64,000 nt of DNA. Source: Eledone cirrhosa (Eukaryota). Shown one piece after another: positions 15,001 through 28,873 of the stretch. The stretch lies in NCBI GenBank assembly GCA_964016885.1, contig OZ024744.1, positions 87,668,001 to 87,732,000 on the forward strand, read 5' to 3'. The first letter of the stretch is position 1. Each line of letters opens with the position of its first letter. Position numbers and translations under genes: made by a program. The notes under the pieces were generated by a model. The model did no database searches. It was given only the letters and a program-made list of their open reading frames with translations, and was not told where the DNA came from.

Positions 15001-18000
15001 TTGTTGTTACCATCTCTCCCTTCAACAGTTGGTACCAACAGTGACACCAAAGTGTCTCTATCTCCCTTGTTCCTATCTATTGTTGTTGTTGTTACTATCT
15101 CTCCCTTCAACAGTTGGTACCAACAGTGACACCAACGTGTCTCTATCTCCCTTGTTCCTATCTATTGTTGTTGTTGTTACCATCTCTCCCTTCAACAGTT
15201 GGTACCAACAGTGACACCAAAGTGTCTCTATATCCCTTGTTCCTATCTATTGTTGTTGTTGTTACCATCTCTCCCTTCAACAGTTGGTACCAACAGTGAC
15301 ACCAAAGTGTCTCTATCTCCCTTGTTCCTATCTATTGTTGTTGTTACCATCTCTCCCTTCAACAGTTGGTACCAACAGTGACACCAAAGTGTCTCTATCT
15401 CCCTTGTTCCTATCTATTGTTGTTGTTGTTACCATCTCTCCCTTCAACAGTTGGTACCAACAGTAACACCAAAGTGTCTCTATCTCCCTTGTTCCTATCT
15501 ATTGTTGTTGTTGTTACCATCTCTCCCTTCAACAGTTGGTACCAACAGTGACACCAAAGTGTCTCTATCTCCCTTGTTCCTATCTATTGTTGTTGTTGTT
15601 ACTATCTCTCCCTTCAACAGTTGGTACCAACAGTGACACCAAAGTGTCTCTATCTCCCTTGTTGCTATCTATTGTTGTTGTTACTATCTCTCCCTTCAAC
15701 AGTTGGTACCAACAGTGACACCAAAGTGTCTCTATCTCCCTTGTACCTATCTATTGTTGTTGTTGTTACCATCTCTCCCTTCAACAGTAGGTACCAACAG
15801 TGACACCAAAGTGTCTCTATCTCCCTTGTACCTATCTATTGTTGTTGTTGTTACCATCTCTCCCTTCAACAGTTGGTACCAACAGTGACACCAAAGTGTC
15901 TCTATCTCCCTTGTTCCTATCTATTGTTGTTGTTACCATCTCTCCCTTCAACAGTTGGTACCAACAGTGACACCAAAGTGTCTCTATCTCCCTTGTTCCT
16001 ATCTATTGTTGTTGTTGTTACCAACTCTCCCTTCAACAGTTGGTACCAACAGTGACACCAAAGTGTCTCTATCTCCCTTGTTCCTATCTATTGTTGTTGT
16101 TGTTACTATCTCTCCCTCTAACAGTTGGTACCAACAGTGACACCAAAGTGTCTCTATCTCCCTTGTTCCCATCTATTGTTGTTGTTGTTACCATCTCTCC
16201 CTTCAACAGATGGTACCAACAGTGACACCAAAGTGTCTCTATCTCCCTTGTTCCTATCTATTGTTGTTGTTGTTACCATCTCTCCCTTCAACAGTAGGTA
16301 CCAACAGTGACACCAAAGTGTCTCTATCTCCCTTGTTCCTATCTATTGTTGTTGTTACCATCTCTCCCTTCAACAGTTGGTACCAACAGTGACACCAAAG
16401 TGTCTCTATCTCCCCTGTTCCTATCTATTGTTGTTGTTGTTACCATCTCTCCCTTCAACAGTTGGTACCAACAGTGACACCAAATTGTCTCTATATCCCT
16501 TGTTCCTATCTATTGTTGTTGTTACCATCTCTCCCTTCAACAGTTGGTACCAACAGTGACACCAAAGTGTCTCTATCTCCCCTGTTCCTATCTATTGTTG
16601 TTGTTGTTACCATCTCTCCCTTCAACAGTTGGTACCAACAGTGACACCAAAGTGTCTCTATCTCCCTTGTTCCTATCTATTGTTGTTTTTACCATCTCTC
16701 CCTTCAACAGTTGGTACCAACAGTGACACCAAAGTGTCTCTATCTCCCCTGTTCCTATCTATTGTTGTTGTTGTTACCATCTCTCCCTTCAACAGTTGGT
16801 ACCAACAGTGACACCAAAGTGTCTCTATCTCCCATGTTCCTATCTATTGTTGTTGTTGTTACCATCTCTCCCTTCAACAGTTGGTACCAACAGTGACACC
16901 AAAGTGTCTCTATCTCCCTTGTTCCTATCTATTGTTGTTGTTGTTACCATCTCTCCCTTCAACAGTAGGTACCAGCAGTGACACCAAAGTGTCTCTATAT
17001 CCCTTGTTCCTATCTATTGTTGTTGTTGTTACCATCTCTCCCTTCAACAGTTGGTACCAACAGTGACAGCAAAGTGTCTCTATATCCCTTGTTCCTATCT
17101 ATTGTTGTTGTTGTTACTATCTCTCCCTTCAACAGTTGGTACCAACAGTGACACCAAAGTGTCTCTATCTCCCTTGTTCCCATCTATTGTTGTTGTTGTT
17201 ACCATCTCTCCCTTCAACAGTTGGTACCAACAGTGACACCAAAGTGTCTCTATCTCCCTTGTTCCTATCTATTGTTGTTGTTGTTACCATCTCTCCCTTC
17301 AACAGTTGGTACCAACAGTGACACCAAAGTGTCTCTATCTCCCTTGTTCCTATCTATTGTTGTTGTTACCATCTCTCCCTTCAACAGTTGGTACCAACAG
17401 TGACACCAAAGTGTCTCTATCTCCCTTGTTCCTATCTATTGTTGTTGTTGTTACCATCTCTCCCTTCAACAGTTGGTACCAACAGTGACAGCAAAGTGTC
17501 TCTATCTCCCTTGTTCCTATCTATTGTTGTTGTTGTTACCATCTCTCCCTTCAACAGTTGGTACCAACAGTGACACCAAAGTGTCTCTATCTCCCTTGTT
17601 CCTATCTATTGTTGTTGTTGTTACCATCTCTCCCTTCAACAGTTGGTACCAACAGTGACACCAAAGTGTCTCTATCTCCCTTGTTCCTATCTATTGTTGT
17701 TGTTGTTACCATCTCTCCCTTCAACAGTTGGTACCAACAGTGACACCAAAGTGTCTCTATCTCCCTTGTTCCTATCTATTGTTGTTGTTACCATCTCTCC
17801 CTTCAACAGTTGGTACCAACAGTGACACCAAAGTGTCTCTATCTCCCTTGTTCCTATCTATTGTTGTTGTTGTTACCATCTCTCCCTTCAACAGTAGGTA
17901 CCAACAGTGACACCAAAGTGTCTCTATCTCCCTTGTTCCTATCTATTGTTGTTGTTACTATCTCTCCCTTCAACAGTTGGTACCAACAGTGACACCAAAG

Positions 18001-21000
18001 TGTCTCTATCTCCCTTGTTCCTATCTATTGTTGTTGTTGTTACCATCTCTCCCTTCAACAGTAGGTACCAACAGTGACACCAAAGTGTCTCTATCTCCCT
18101 TGTTCCTATCTATTGTTGTTGTTGTTACCATCTCTCCCTTCAACAGTTGGTACCAACAGTGACACCAAAGTGTCTCTATCTCCCTTGTTCCTATCTATTG
18201 TTGTTGTTGTTACCATCTCTCCCTTCAACAGTAGGTACCAACAGTGACACCAAAGTGTCTCTATCTCCCTTGTTCCTATCTATTGTTGTTGTTGTTACCA
18301 TCTCTCCCTTCAACAGATGGTACCAACAGTGACACCAAAGTATCTCTATCTCCCTTGTTCCTATCTATTGTTGTTGTTACCATCTCTCCCTTCAACAGTT
18401 GGTACCAACAGTGACACCAAAGTGTCTCTATCTCCCTTGTTCCTATCTATTGTTGTTGTTGTTACCATCTCTCCCTTCAACAGTTGGTACCAACAGTGAC
18501 ACCAAAGTGTCTCTATCTCCCTTGTTCCTATCTATTGTTGTTGTTACCATCTCTCCCTTCAACAGTTGGTACCAACAGTGACACCAAAGTGTCTCTATCT
18601 CCCTTGTTCCTATCTATTGTTGTTGTTGTTACCAACTCTCCCTTCAACAGTTGGTACCAACAGTGACACCAAAGTGTCTCTATCTCCCTTGTTCCTATCT
18701 ATTGTTGTTGTTGTTACTATCTCTCCCTCTAACAGTTGGTACCAACAGTGACACCAAAGTGTCTCTATCTCCCTTGTTCCCATCTATTGTTGTTGTTGTT
18801 ACCATCTCTCCCTTCAACAGATGGTACCAACAGTGACACCAAAGTGTCTCTATCTCCCTTGTTCCTATCTATTGTTGTTGTTGTTACCATCTCTCCCTTC
18901 AACAGTAGGTACCAACAGTGACACCAAAGTGTCTCTATCTCCCTTGTTCCTATCTATTGTTGTTGTTACCATCTCTCCCTTCAACAGTTGGTACCAACAG
19001 TGACACCAAAGTGTCTCTATCTCCCCTGTTCCTATCTATTGTTGTTGTTGTTACCATCTCTCCCTTCAACAGTTGGTACCAACAGTGACACCAAATTGTC
19101 TCTATATCCCTTGTTCCTATCTATTGTTGTTGTTACCATCTCTCCCTTCAACAGTTGGTACCAACAGTGACACCAAAGTGTCTCTATCTCCCCTGTTCCT
19201 ATCTATTGTTGTTGTTGTTACCATCTCTCCCTTCAACAGTTGGTACCAACAGTGACACCAAAGTGTCTCTATCTCCCTTGTTCCTATCTATTGTTGTTTT
19301 TACCATCTCTCCCTTCAACAGTTGGTACCAACAGTGACACCAAAGTGTCTCTATCTCCCCTGTTCCTATCTATTGTTGTTGTTGTTACCATCTCTCCCTT
19401 CAACAGTTGGTACCAACAGTGACACCAAAGTGTCTCTATCTCCCATGTTCCTATCTATTGTTGTTGTTGTTACCATCTCTCCCTTCAACAGTTGGTACCA
19501 ACAGTGACACCAAAGTGTCTCTATCTCCCTTGTTCCTATCTATTGTTGTTGTTGTTACCATCTCTCCCTTCAACAGTAGGTACCAGCAGTGACACCAAAG
19601 TGTCTCTATATCCCTTGTTCCTATCTATTGTTGTTGTTGTTACCATCTCTCCCTTCAACAGTTGGTACCAACAGTGACACCAAAGTGTCTCTATCTCCCT
19701 TGTTCCTATCTATTGTTGTTTTTACCATCTCTCCCTTCAACAGTTGGTACCAACAGTGACACCAAAGTGTCTCTATCTCCCCTGTTCCTATCTATTGTTG
19801 TTGTTGTTACCATCTCTCCCTTCAACAGTTGGTACCAACAGTGACACCAAAGTGTCTCTATCTCCCATGTTCCTATCTATTGTTGTTGTTGTTACCATCT
19901 CTCCCTTCAACAGTTGGTACCAACAGTGACACCAAAGTGTCTCTATCTCCCTTGTTCCTATCTATTGTTGTTGTTGTTACCATCTCTCCCTTCAACAGTA
20001 GGTACCAGCAGTGACACCAAAGTGTCTCTATATCCCTTGTTCCTATCTATTGTTGTTGTTGTTACCATCTCTCCCTTCAACAGTTGGTACCAACAGTGAC
20101 AGCAAAGTGTCTCTATATCCCTTGTTCCTATCTATTGTTGTTGTTGTTACTATCTCTCCCTTCAACAGTTGGTACCAACAGTGACACCAAAGTGTCTCTA
20201 TCTCCCTTGTTCCCATCTATTGTTGTTGTTGTTACCATCTCTCCCTTCAACAGTTGGTACCAACAGTGACACCAAAGTGTCTCTATCTCCCTTGTTCCTA
20301 TCTATTGTTGTTGTTGTTACCATCTCTCCCTTCAACAGTTGGTACCAACAGTGACACCAAAGTGTCTCTATCTCCCTTGTTCCTATCTATTGTTGTTGTT
20401 ACCATCTCTCCCTTCAACAGTTGGTACCAACAGTGACACCAAAGTGTCTCTATCTCCCTTGTTCCTATCTATTGTTGTTGTTGTTACCATCTCTCCCTTC
20501 AACAGTTGGTACCAACAGTGACAGCAAAGTGTCTCTATCTCCCTTGTTCCTATCTATTGTTGTTGTTGTTACCATCTCTCCCTTCAACAGTTGGTACCAA
20601 CAGTGACACCAAAGTGTCTCTATCTCCCTTGTTCCTATCTATTGTTGTTGTTGTTACCATCTCTCCCTTCAACAGTTGGTACCAACAGTGACACCAAAGT
20701 GTCTCTATCTCCCTTGTTCCTATCTATTGTTGTTGTTGTTACCATCTCTCCCTTCAACAGTTGGTACCAACAGTGACACCAAAGTGTCTCTATCTCCCTT
20801 GTTCCTATCTATTGTTGTTGTTACCATCTCTCCCTTCAACAGTTGGTACCAACAGTGACACCAAAGTGTCTCTATCTCCCTTGTTCCTATCTATTGTTGT
20901 TGTTGTTACCATCTCTCCCTTCAACAGTAGGTACCAACAGTGACACCAAAGTGTCTCTATCTCCCTTGTTCCTATCTATTGTTGTTGTTACTATCTCTCC

Positions 21001-24000
21001 CTTCAACAGTTGGTACCAACAGTGACACCAAAGTGTCTCTATCTCCCTTGTTCCTATCTATTGTTGTTGTTGTTACCATCTCTCCCTTCAACAGTAGGTA
21101 CCAACAGTGACACCAAAGTGTCTCTATCTCCCTTGTTCCTATCTATTGTTGTTGTTGTTACCATCTCTCCCTTCAACAGTAGGTACCAACAGTGACACCA
21201 AAGTGTCTCTATCTCCCTTGTTCCTATCTATTGTTGGTGTTGTTACCATCTCTCCCTTCAACAGATGGTACCAACAGTGACACCAAAGTATCTCTATCTC
21301 CCTTGTTCCTATCTATTGTTGTTGTTACCATCTCTCCCTTCAACAGTTGGTACCAACAGTGACACCAAAGTGTCTCTATCTCCCTTGTTCCTATCTATTG
21401 TTGTTGTTGTTACCATCTCTCCCTTCAACAGTTGGTACCAACAGTGACACCAAAGTGTCTCTATCTCCCTTGTTCCTATCTATTGTTGTTGTTGTTACCA
21501 TCTCTCCCTTCAACAGTTGGTACCAACAGTGACACCAAAGTGTCTCTATCTCCCTTGTTCCTATCTATTGTTGTTGTTACCATCTCTCCCTTCAACAGTT
21601 GGTACCAACAGTGACACCAAAGTGTCTCTATCTCCCTTGTTCCTATCTATTGTTGTTGTTACCATCTCTCCCTTCAACAGTAGGTACCAACAGTGACACC
21701 AAAGTGTCTCTATCTCCCCTGTTCCTATCTATTGTTGTTGTTGTTACCATCTCTCCCTTCAACAGTTGGTACCAACAGTGACACCAAAGTGTCTCTATCT
21801 CCCTTGTTCCTATCTATTGTTGTTGTTACCATCTCTCCCTTCAACAGTTGGTACCAACAGTGACACCAAAGTGTCTCTATCTCCCTTGTTCCTATCTATT
21901 GTTGTTGTTACCATCTCTCCCTTCAACAGTTGGTACCAACAGTGACACCAAAGTGTCTCTATCTCCCTTGTTCCTATCTATTGTTGTTGTTACCATCTCT
22001 CCCTTCAACAGTTGGTACCAACAGTGACACCAAAGTGTCTCTATCTCCCTTGTTCCTATCTATTGTTGTTGTTACCATCTCTCCCTTCAACAGTTGGTAC
22101 CAACAGTGACACCAAAGTGTCTCTATCTCCCTTGTTCCTATCTATTGTTGTTGTTACCATCTCTCCCTTCAACAGTTGGTACCAACAGTGACACCAAAGT
22201 GTCTCTATCTCCCTTGTTCCTATCTATTGTTGTTGTTACCATCTCTCCCTTCAACAGTAGGTACCAACAGTGACACCAAAGTGTCTCTATCTCCCTTGTT
22301 CCTATCTATTGTTGTTGTTACCATCTCTCCCTTCAACAGTTGGTACCAACAGTGACACCAAAGTGTCTCTATCTCCCTTGTTCCTATCTATTGTTGTTGT
22401 TACCATCTCTCCCTTCAACAGTTGGTACCAACAGTGACACCAAAGTGTCTCTATCTCCCCTGTTCCTATCTATTGTTGTTGTTGTTACCATCTCTCCCTT
22501 CAACAGTTGGTACCAACAGTGACACCAAAGTGTCTCTATCTCCCTTGTCCCTATCTATTGTTGTTGTTACCATCTCTCCCTTCAACAGTTGGTACCAACA
22601 GTGACACCAAAGTGTCTCTATCTCCCTTGTTCCTATCTATTGTTGTTGTTGTTACCATCTCTCCCTTCAACAGTTGGTACCAACAGTGACACCAAAGTGT
22701 CTCTATCTCCCCTGTTTCTATCTATTGTTGTTGTTGTTACCATCTCTCCCTTCAACAGTAGGTACCAACAGTGACACCAAAGTGTCTCTATCTCCCTTGT
22801 TCCTATCTATTGTTGTTGTTGTTACCATCTCTCCCTTCAACAGTTGGTACCAACAGTGACACCAAAGTGTCTCTATCTCCCTTGTTCCTATCTATTGTTG
22901 TTGTTGTTACCATCTCTCCCTTCAACAGTAGGTACCAACAGTGACACCAAAGTGTCTCTATCTCCCTTGTTCCTATCTATTGTTGTTGTTGTTACCATCT
23001 CTCCCTTCAACAGTTGGTACCAACAGTGACACCAGAGTGTCTCTATCTCCCTTGTTCCTATCTATTGTTGTTGTTGTTACCATCTCTCCCTTCAACAGTA
23101 GGTACCAACAGTGACACCAAGGTGTCTCTATCTCCCATGTTCCTATCTATTGTTGTTGTTACCATCTCTCCCTTCAACAGTTGGTACCAACAGTGACACC
23201 AAAGTGTCTCTATCTCCCTTGTTCCTATCTATTGTTGTTGTTGTTACCATCTCTCCCTTCAACAGTTGGTACCAACAGTGACACCAAAGTGTCTCTATCT
23301 ACCTTGTTCCTATCTATTGTTGTTGTTACCATCTCTCCCTTCAACAGTTGGTACCAACAGTGACACCAAAGTGTCTCTATCTCCCTTGTTCCTACCTATT
23401 GTTGTTGTTGTTACCATCTCTCCCTTCAACAGTTGGTACCAACAGTGACACCAAAGTGTCTCTATCTCCCTTGTTCCTATCTATTGTTGTTGTTGTTACC
23501 ATCTCTCCCTTCAACAGTTGGTACCAACAGTGACACCAAAGTATCTCTATCTCTCTTGTTCCTATATATTGTTGTTGTTGTTACTATCTCTCCCTTCAAC
23601 ACATGGTACCAACAGTGACACCAAAGTGTCTCTATCTCCCTTGTTCCTATCTATTGTTGTTGTTGTTACCATCTCTCCCTTCAACAGTTGGTACCAACAG
23701 TGCCACCAAAGTGTCTCTATCTCCCTTGTTCCTATCTATTGTTGTTGTTACCATCTCTCCCTTCAACAGTTGGTACCAACAGTGACACCAAAGTGTCTCT
23801 ATCTCCCTTGTTCCTATCTAATGTTGTTGTTGTTACCATCTCTCCCTTCAACAGTTGGTACCAACAGTGACACCAAAGTGTCTCTATCTCCCTTGTTCCT
23901 ATCTATTGTTGTTGTTGTTACTATCTCTCCCTTCAACAGTTGGTACCAACAGTGACACCAAAGTGTCTCTATCTCCCTTGTTCCTATCTATTGTTGTTGT

Positions 24001-25170
24001 TGTTACCATCTCTCCCTTCAACAGTTGGTACCAACAGTGACACCAAAGTGTCTCTATCTCCCTTGTTCCTATCTATTGTTGTTGTTACCATCTCTCCCTT
24101 CAACAGTTGGTACCAACAGTGACACCAAAGTGTCTCTATCTCCCTTGTTCCTATCTATTGTTGTTGTTGTTACCATCTCTCCCTTCAACAGTTGGTACCA
24201 ACAGTGACACCAAAGTGTCTCTATCTCCCCTGTTCCTATCTATTGTTGTTGTTGTTACCATCTCTCCCTTCAACAGTTGGTACCAACAGTGACACCAAAG
24301 TGTCTCTATCTCCCTTGTTCCTATCTATTGTTGTTGTTGTTACCATCTCTCCCTTCAACAGTTGGTACCAACAGTGACACCAAAGTGTCTCTATCTCCCT
24401 TGTTCCTATCTATTGTTGTTGTTGTTACCATCTCTCCCTTCAACATTGGGTACCAACAGTGACACCAAAGTGTCTGTATCTCCCTTGTTCCTATCTATTG
24501 TTGTTGTTGTTACCATCTCTCCCTTCAACAGTAGGTACCAACAGTGACACCAAAGTGTCTCTATCTCCCCTGTTCCTATCTATTGTTGTTGTTGTTACCA
24601 TCTCTCCCTTCAACAGTTGGTACCAACAGTGACACCAAAGTGTCTCTATCTCCCTTGTTCCTATCTATTGTTGTTGTTACCATCTCTCCCTTCAACAGTA
24701 GGTACCAACAGTGACACCAAAGTGTCTCTATCTCCCTTGTTCCTATCTATTGTTGTTGTTGTTACCATCTCTCCCTTCAACAGTTGGTACCAACAGTGAC
24801 ACCAAAGTGTCTCTATCTCCCTTGTTCCTATCTATTGTTGTTGTTGTTACCATCTCTCCCTTCAACAGTTGGTACCAACAGTGACACCAAAATGTCTCTA
24901 TCTCCCTTGTTCCTATCTATTGTTGTTGTTGTTACCATCTCTCCCTTCAACAGTTGGTACCAACAGTGACACCAAAGTGTCTCTATCTCCCTTGTTCCTA
25001 TCTATTGTTGTTGTTACCATCTCTCCCTTCAACAGTTGGTACCAACAGTGACACCAAAGTGTCTCTATCCTCCTTGTTCCTATCTATTGTTGTTGTTGTT
25101 ACCATCTCTCCCTTCAACAGTAGGTACCAACAGTGACACCAAAGTGTCTCTATCTCCCTTGTTCCTATCT
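1..25170. repeat. 85/82-bp tandem satellite array (~300 monomers; open at window start)
   Basis: Monomer TGGTACCAACAGTGACACCAAAGTGTCTCTATCTCCCTTGTTCCTATCTA(TTG)3-4TTACCATCTCTCCCTTCAACAGT repeated head-to-tail. Length varies by one TTG. Contains the 12-bp palindrome GTTGGTACCAAC and the hairpin GACAC-caaa-GTGTC. Ends abruptly at ...GTTCCTATCT (25,170). Confidence 0.99.
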
Positions 25171-25282
25171 TTCTTTTTGTTTTTCTAATACACACAACCG
25201 GAAATTAAATATGCTGATCACTCCTTATTAATTACTTTTAATACAATCCTCATTCTTTTAATTCCTAGTTCTTACTCATAGT

Positions 25283-25319
25283 CTCTCTCTCTCTCTCTCT
25301 CTCTCTCCCTCTCCCCCCC

Positions 25320-25351
<32 letters not shown>

Positions 25352-25470
25352 TTTCTCTTTCTCTTACTTTCTTTCTTCATCTCCCACCACCTCTTTTTTG
25401 TCGCCCTCATTCTCTCTCACACAGTCTCACACTCTCTCGCTCTCTTTTCCTCTCTCTCCCTCTCTCTTTC
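25283..25470. repeat. (CT)n-rich microsatellite / pyrimidine tract
   Basis: Seen directly. Confidence 0.9.
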
Positions 25471-25554
25471 CATATATATCTATATATATATTCTCTATAA
25501 CTCCTTTCCTCCTTCTATCATTCTTAGTTTTTTGTTTATCTCTTTCTTTCTTTA

Positions 25555-25945
<391 letters not shown>

Positions 25946-26360
25946 TTAATTCTTTTATGCATCTCATTTTATCTGGTAGATTGAAAAAAAATCCTTGATC
26001 TCATGTGCCGCATCCATATTCTGTCAAATAAACACAGGAAAACGAAATTGTACACATAATAACATTTTCACAAATACACATAAGGACCTGTTTAAAGGCG
26101 AAGCATATATCTAACTATGTTAATTTCGCTATACAGTATGTTACCGAATAAACATTTGGAATAAACATTTGGAGAGTCTTCTAGCTCTGAATATGGAAAG
26201 GCTGACGGCTAGTGCCGTCTAGCGGATTCAAGCAGAAGTATATGTTAATCAAGGGATATAATATAAAACCATTTAGGCTTTACAAATTTCAACAATTTTA
26301 CCAGAGTGTTGTATAAACCATTCAACAATGCACTGCTAAAGCATTATAATATGTATGTTT

Positions 26361-26391
<31 letters not shown>

Positions 26392-26526
26392 AACACACAC
26401 ACACACACCCACACACCCACACACACACACACACGCACAAACACAATCACTCACTCACTCACACACACACTCACTCACTCACATATATATATATGTATAT
26501 ATACATATATATATACATATATATGG

Positions 26527-28300
26527 ATAAGTATGTACACGTACATACATATATGTATACAGACGTACAGTAGTATATATATATATATATATACATACAT
26601 GCACACATATATATATATGTACGTATGGATTCACCGAACATTTATTATAATGCTCGGTGTGTTTGTAAACAAACATCCCCTATTAAGCCGTAGTGTCCAG
26701 CAACCATCGTTGCTCGTTTGTTCAACACTGACAAAGGAACGCTGCACAAGTTTCAAGCTTATTAGCTATCGTCAGCAACGTATATTTTCCTGCCAAATTG
26801 TTGAACGTATATACTTACCCTATGCATATTAACGGCTGATTTGCCCAATTTGCATATCGAGTGGGTTAATTGGCCGTCTGCACCGAAAACGATTGACGGA
26901 AAAGATGAAATGAAATGAAATTTCCGACTCTTAGTACGGCTGTTACTTAAATATAAGTATGTACACGTACATACATATATGTATACAGACGTATAGTAGT
27001 ATGTATATATATATACTTACATGCACACATATATATATACATATGTACGTATGGATTCACCGAACATTTATTATAAAGTTCGGTGTGTTTGTAAACAAAC
27101 ATCCCGTATTAAGCCGTAGTGTCTAGCAACCATCGCTGCTCGTTTGTTCAACACTGACAAAGGAACGCTGTATTAGTTTCAAGATTATTAGCTATCGTCA
27201 GCAACGTATACCTTCCTGCCAGATTGTTGAACGTATATACTTACCCTATGCATATTAACGGCTGATTAGCCCAATTTGCATATTGAGTGGGTTAATCGGC
27301 CGGGTGCACCGAAAACGATAAACGGAAAAAATGAAACGAAATTTCATTTCCCACTCTTAGTACGGCTGTTACTTAAGTATAAGTATGTACACGTACATAC
27401 ATATATGTATACAGACGTATAGTAGTATGTATATATATATACATACATGCACACATATATATATGTACGTATGGATTCACCGAACATTTATTATAATGCT
27501 CGGTGTGTTTGTAAACAAACATCCCGTATTAAGCCGCAGTGTCTAGCAACCATCGTTGCTCGTTTGTTCAACACCGACAAAGGAATTTCGTTTCATTTTT
27601 TCCGTTTATCGTTTTCGGTGCACCCGGCCGATTAACCCACTCGATATGCAAATTGGGCTACTCAGCCGTTAATATGCATAAGGTAAGTATATACGTTCAA
27701 CAATCTGGCAGGAAGGTATACGTTGCTGACGATAGCTAATAAGCTTGAAACTAGTACAGCGTTCATTTGTCAGTGTTGAACAAACGAGCAACGATGGTTG
27801 CTAGACACTACGGCTTAATACGAGATGTTTGTTTACAAACACACCGAGCATTATAATAAATGTTCGGTGAATCCATACGTAGATATATATATGTGTGCAT
27901 GTATGTATATATATATAAATACATACTACTATACGTCTGTATACATATATGTATGTACGTGTACATCCTTATATTTAAGTAACAGCCGTACTAAGAGTGG
28001 GAAATGAAATTTCGTTTCATTTCTTCAGTTTATCGTTTTCGGTGCACGCGGCCAATTAATCCACTCGATATGCAAATTGGGCTACTCAGCCGTTAATATG
28101 CATAAGGTAAGTATATACGTTCAACAATCTGGCAGGAAGGTATACGTTGCTGACGATAACTAATAAGCTTGAAACTAGAACAGCGTTCCTTGTCTACTAT
28201 ACGTATGTATACACATATGTATGTACGTGTACATATTTATATTTAAGTAACAACCGTTCTAAGAGTGGGAAATGAAATTTCGTTTCATTTTTTCCGTTTA
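26527..28300. repeat. Short array of ~426-bp hammerhead-containing units (retrozyme-like), orientation switch at ~27,583
   Basis: ATAAGTATGTACACG recurs at ~26,527, ~26,953 and ~27,379. After ~27,583 the same sequence appears reverse-complemented. Homologous to the 489-bp unit at 54-64 kb (GAAATTTCGTTTCATT, GCAAATTGGGCT, CAAGCTT..AGCTATC, TGTTCAACACTGAC). Confidence 0.92.
27720..27762 (+). ncRNA. Minimal type I hammerhead ribozyme (426-bp family, intact copy)
   Basis: ACGTTG-CTGACGA-tAGCT aata AGCTt-GAAA-CTAGTA^CAGCGT: intact CUGANGA/GAAA/GUA core, helix I ACGTTG/CAGCGT, palindromic helix III ACTAGT. Mutated sister copies at ~26,739-26,781 (-), ~27,165-27,207 (-) and ~28,144-28,186 (+). Confidence 0.85.
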
Positions 28301-28332
28301 TATATATGTACATATATATGTATATATATGTG

Positions 28333-28366
<34 letters not shown>

Positions 28367-28371
28367 TGTAT

Positions 28372-28416
<45 letters not shown>

Positions 28417-28873
28417 GTTCAAGAGTAACCAATCTTAAAGAGAGAGATGGAGATAGTAGAGGAGATATGAGAGGAGAGATTGGCGAGTTAGTTAGAAGCC
28501 AAAGCGTAAAGGCATGTGCTCAATGTGCAATATGGTGTAGAAAGCAGCTAGGTGGCTGGGTTCATGCAGAAGTTAGGTGCGCAGAGCTGGAAATATTCAT
28601 TAGTTAAGCAAAACAAGGCCACAAACTTCACAAGGAAGACATTATTAAAAGATTGTCAACATATTTTAGTTTGATGTAAGGAATGTAGAGAATAATAATA
28701 ATAATATTAATAATAATAATGTCCGTTTACAATTGTTTCGCTACTCCATATAATATTTCTGGATCAGATGATTATATATCATAATTGATCTGCTTCAGTT
28801 GAAAATAATTAACATATTTAAAAAACAGAGTGACTCATCGGCAAAGTACAGCAATTAGATATGGATTTGCCAC

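Noticed and set aside
1-25170. CRISPR array or hammerhead in the 85-bp repeat
   Set aside because: No variable spacers or cas genes. The hairpin and palindrome loosely recall HHR helices II/III, but neither strand has CUGANGA plus GAAA.
40-25195. Hundreds of 60-61 aa MVPTVTPKC... ORFs
   Set aside because: Translations of the 85-bp satellite from TTG starts; the unit is not a multiple of 3 and there is no coding signal.
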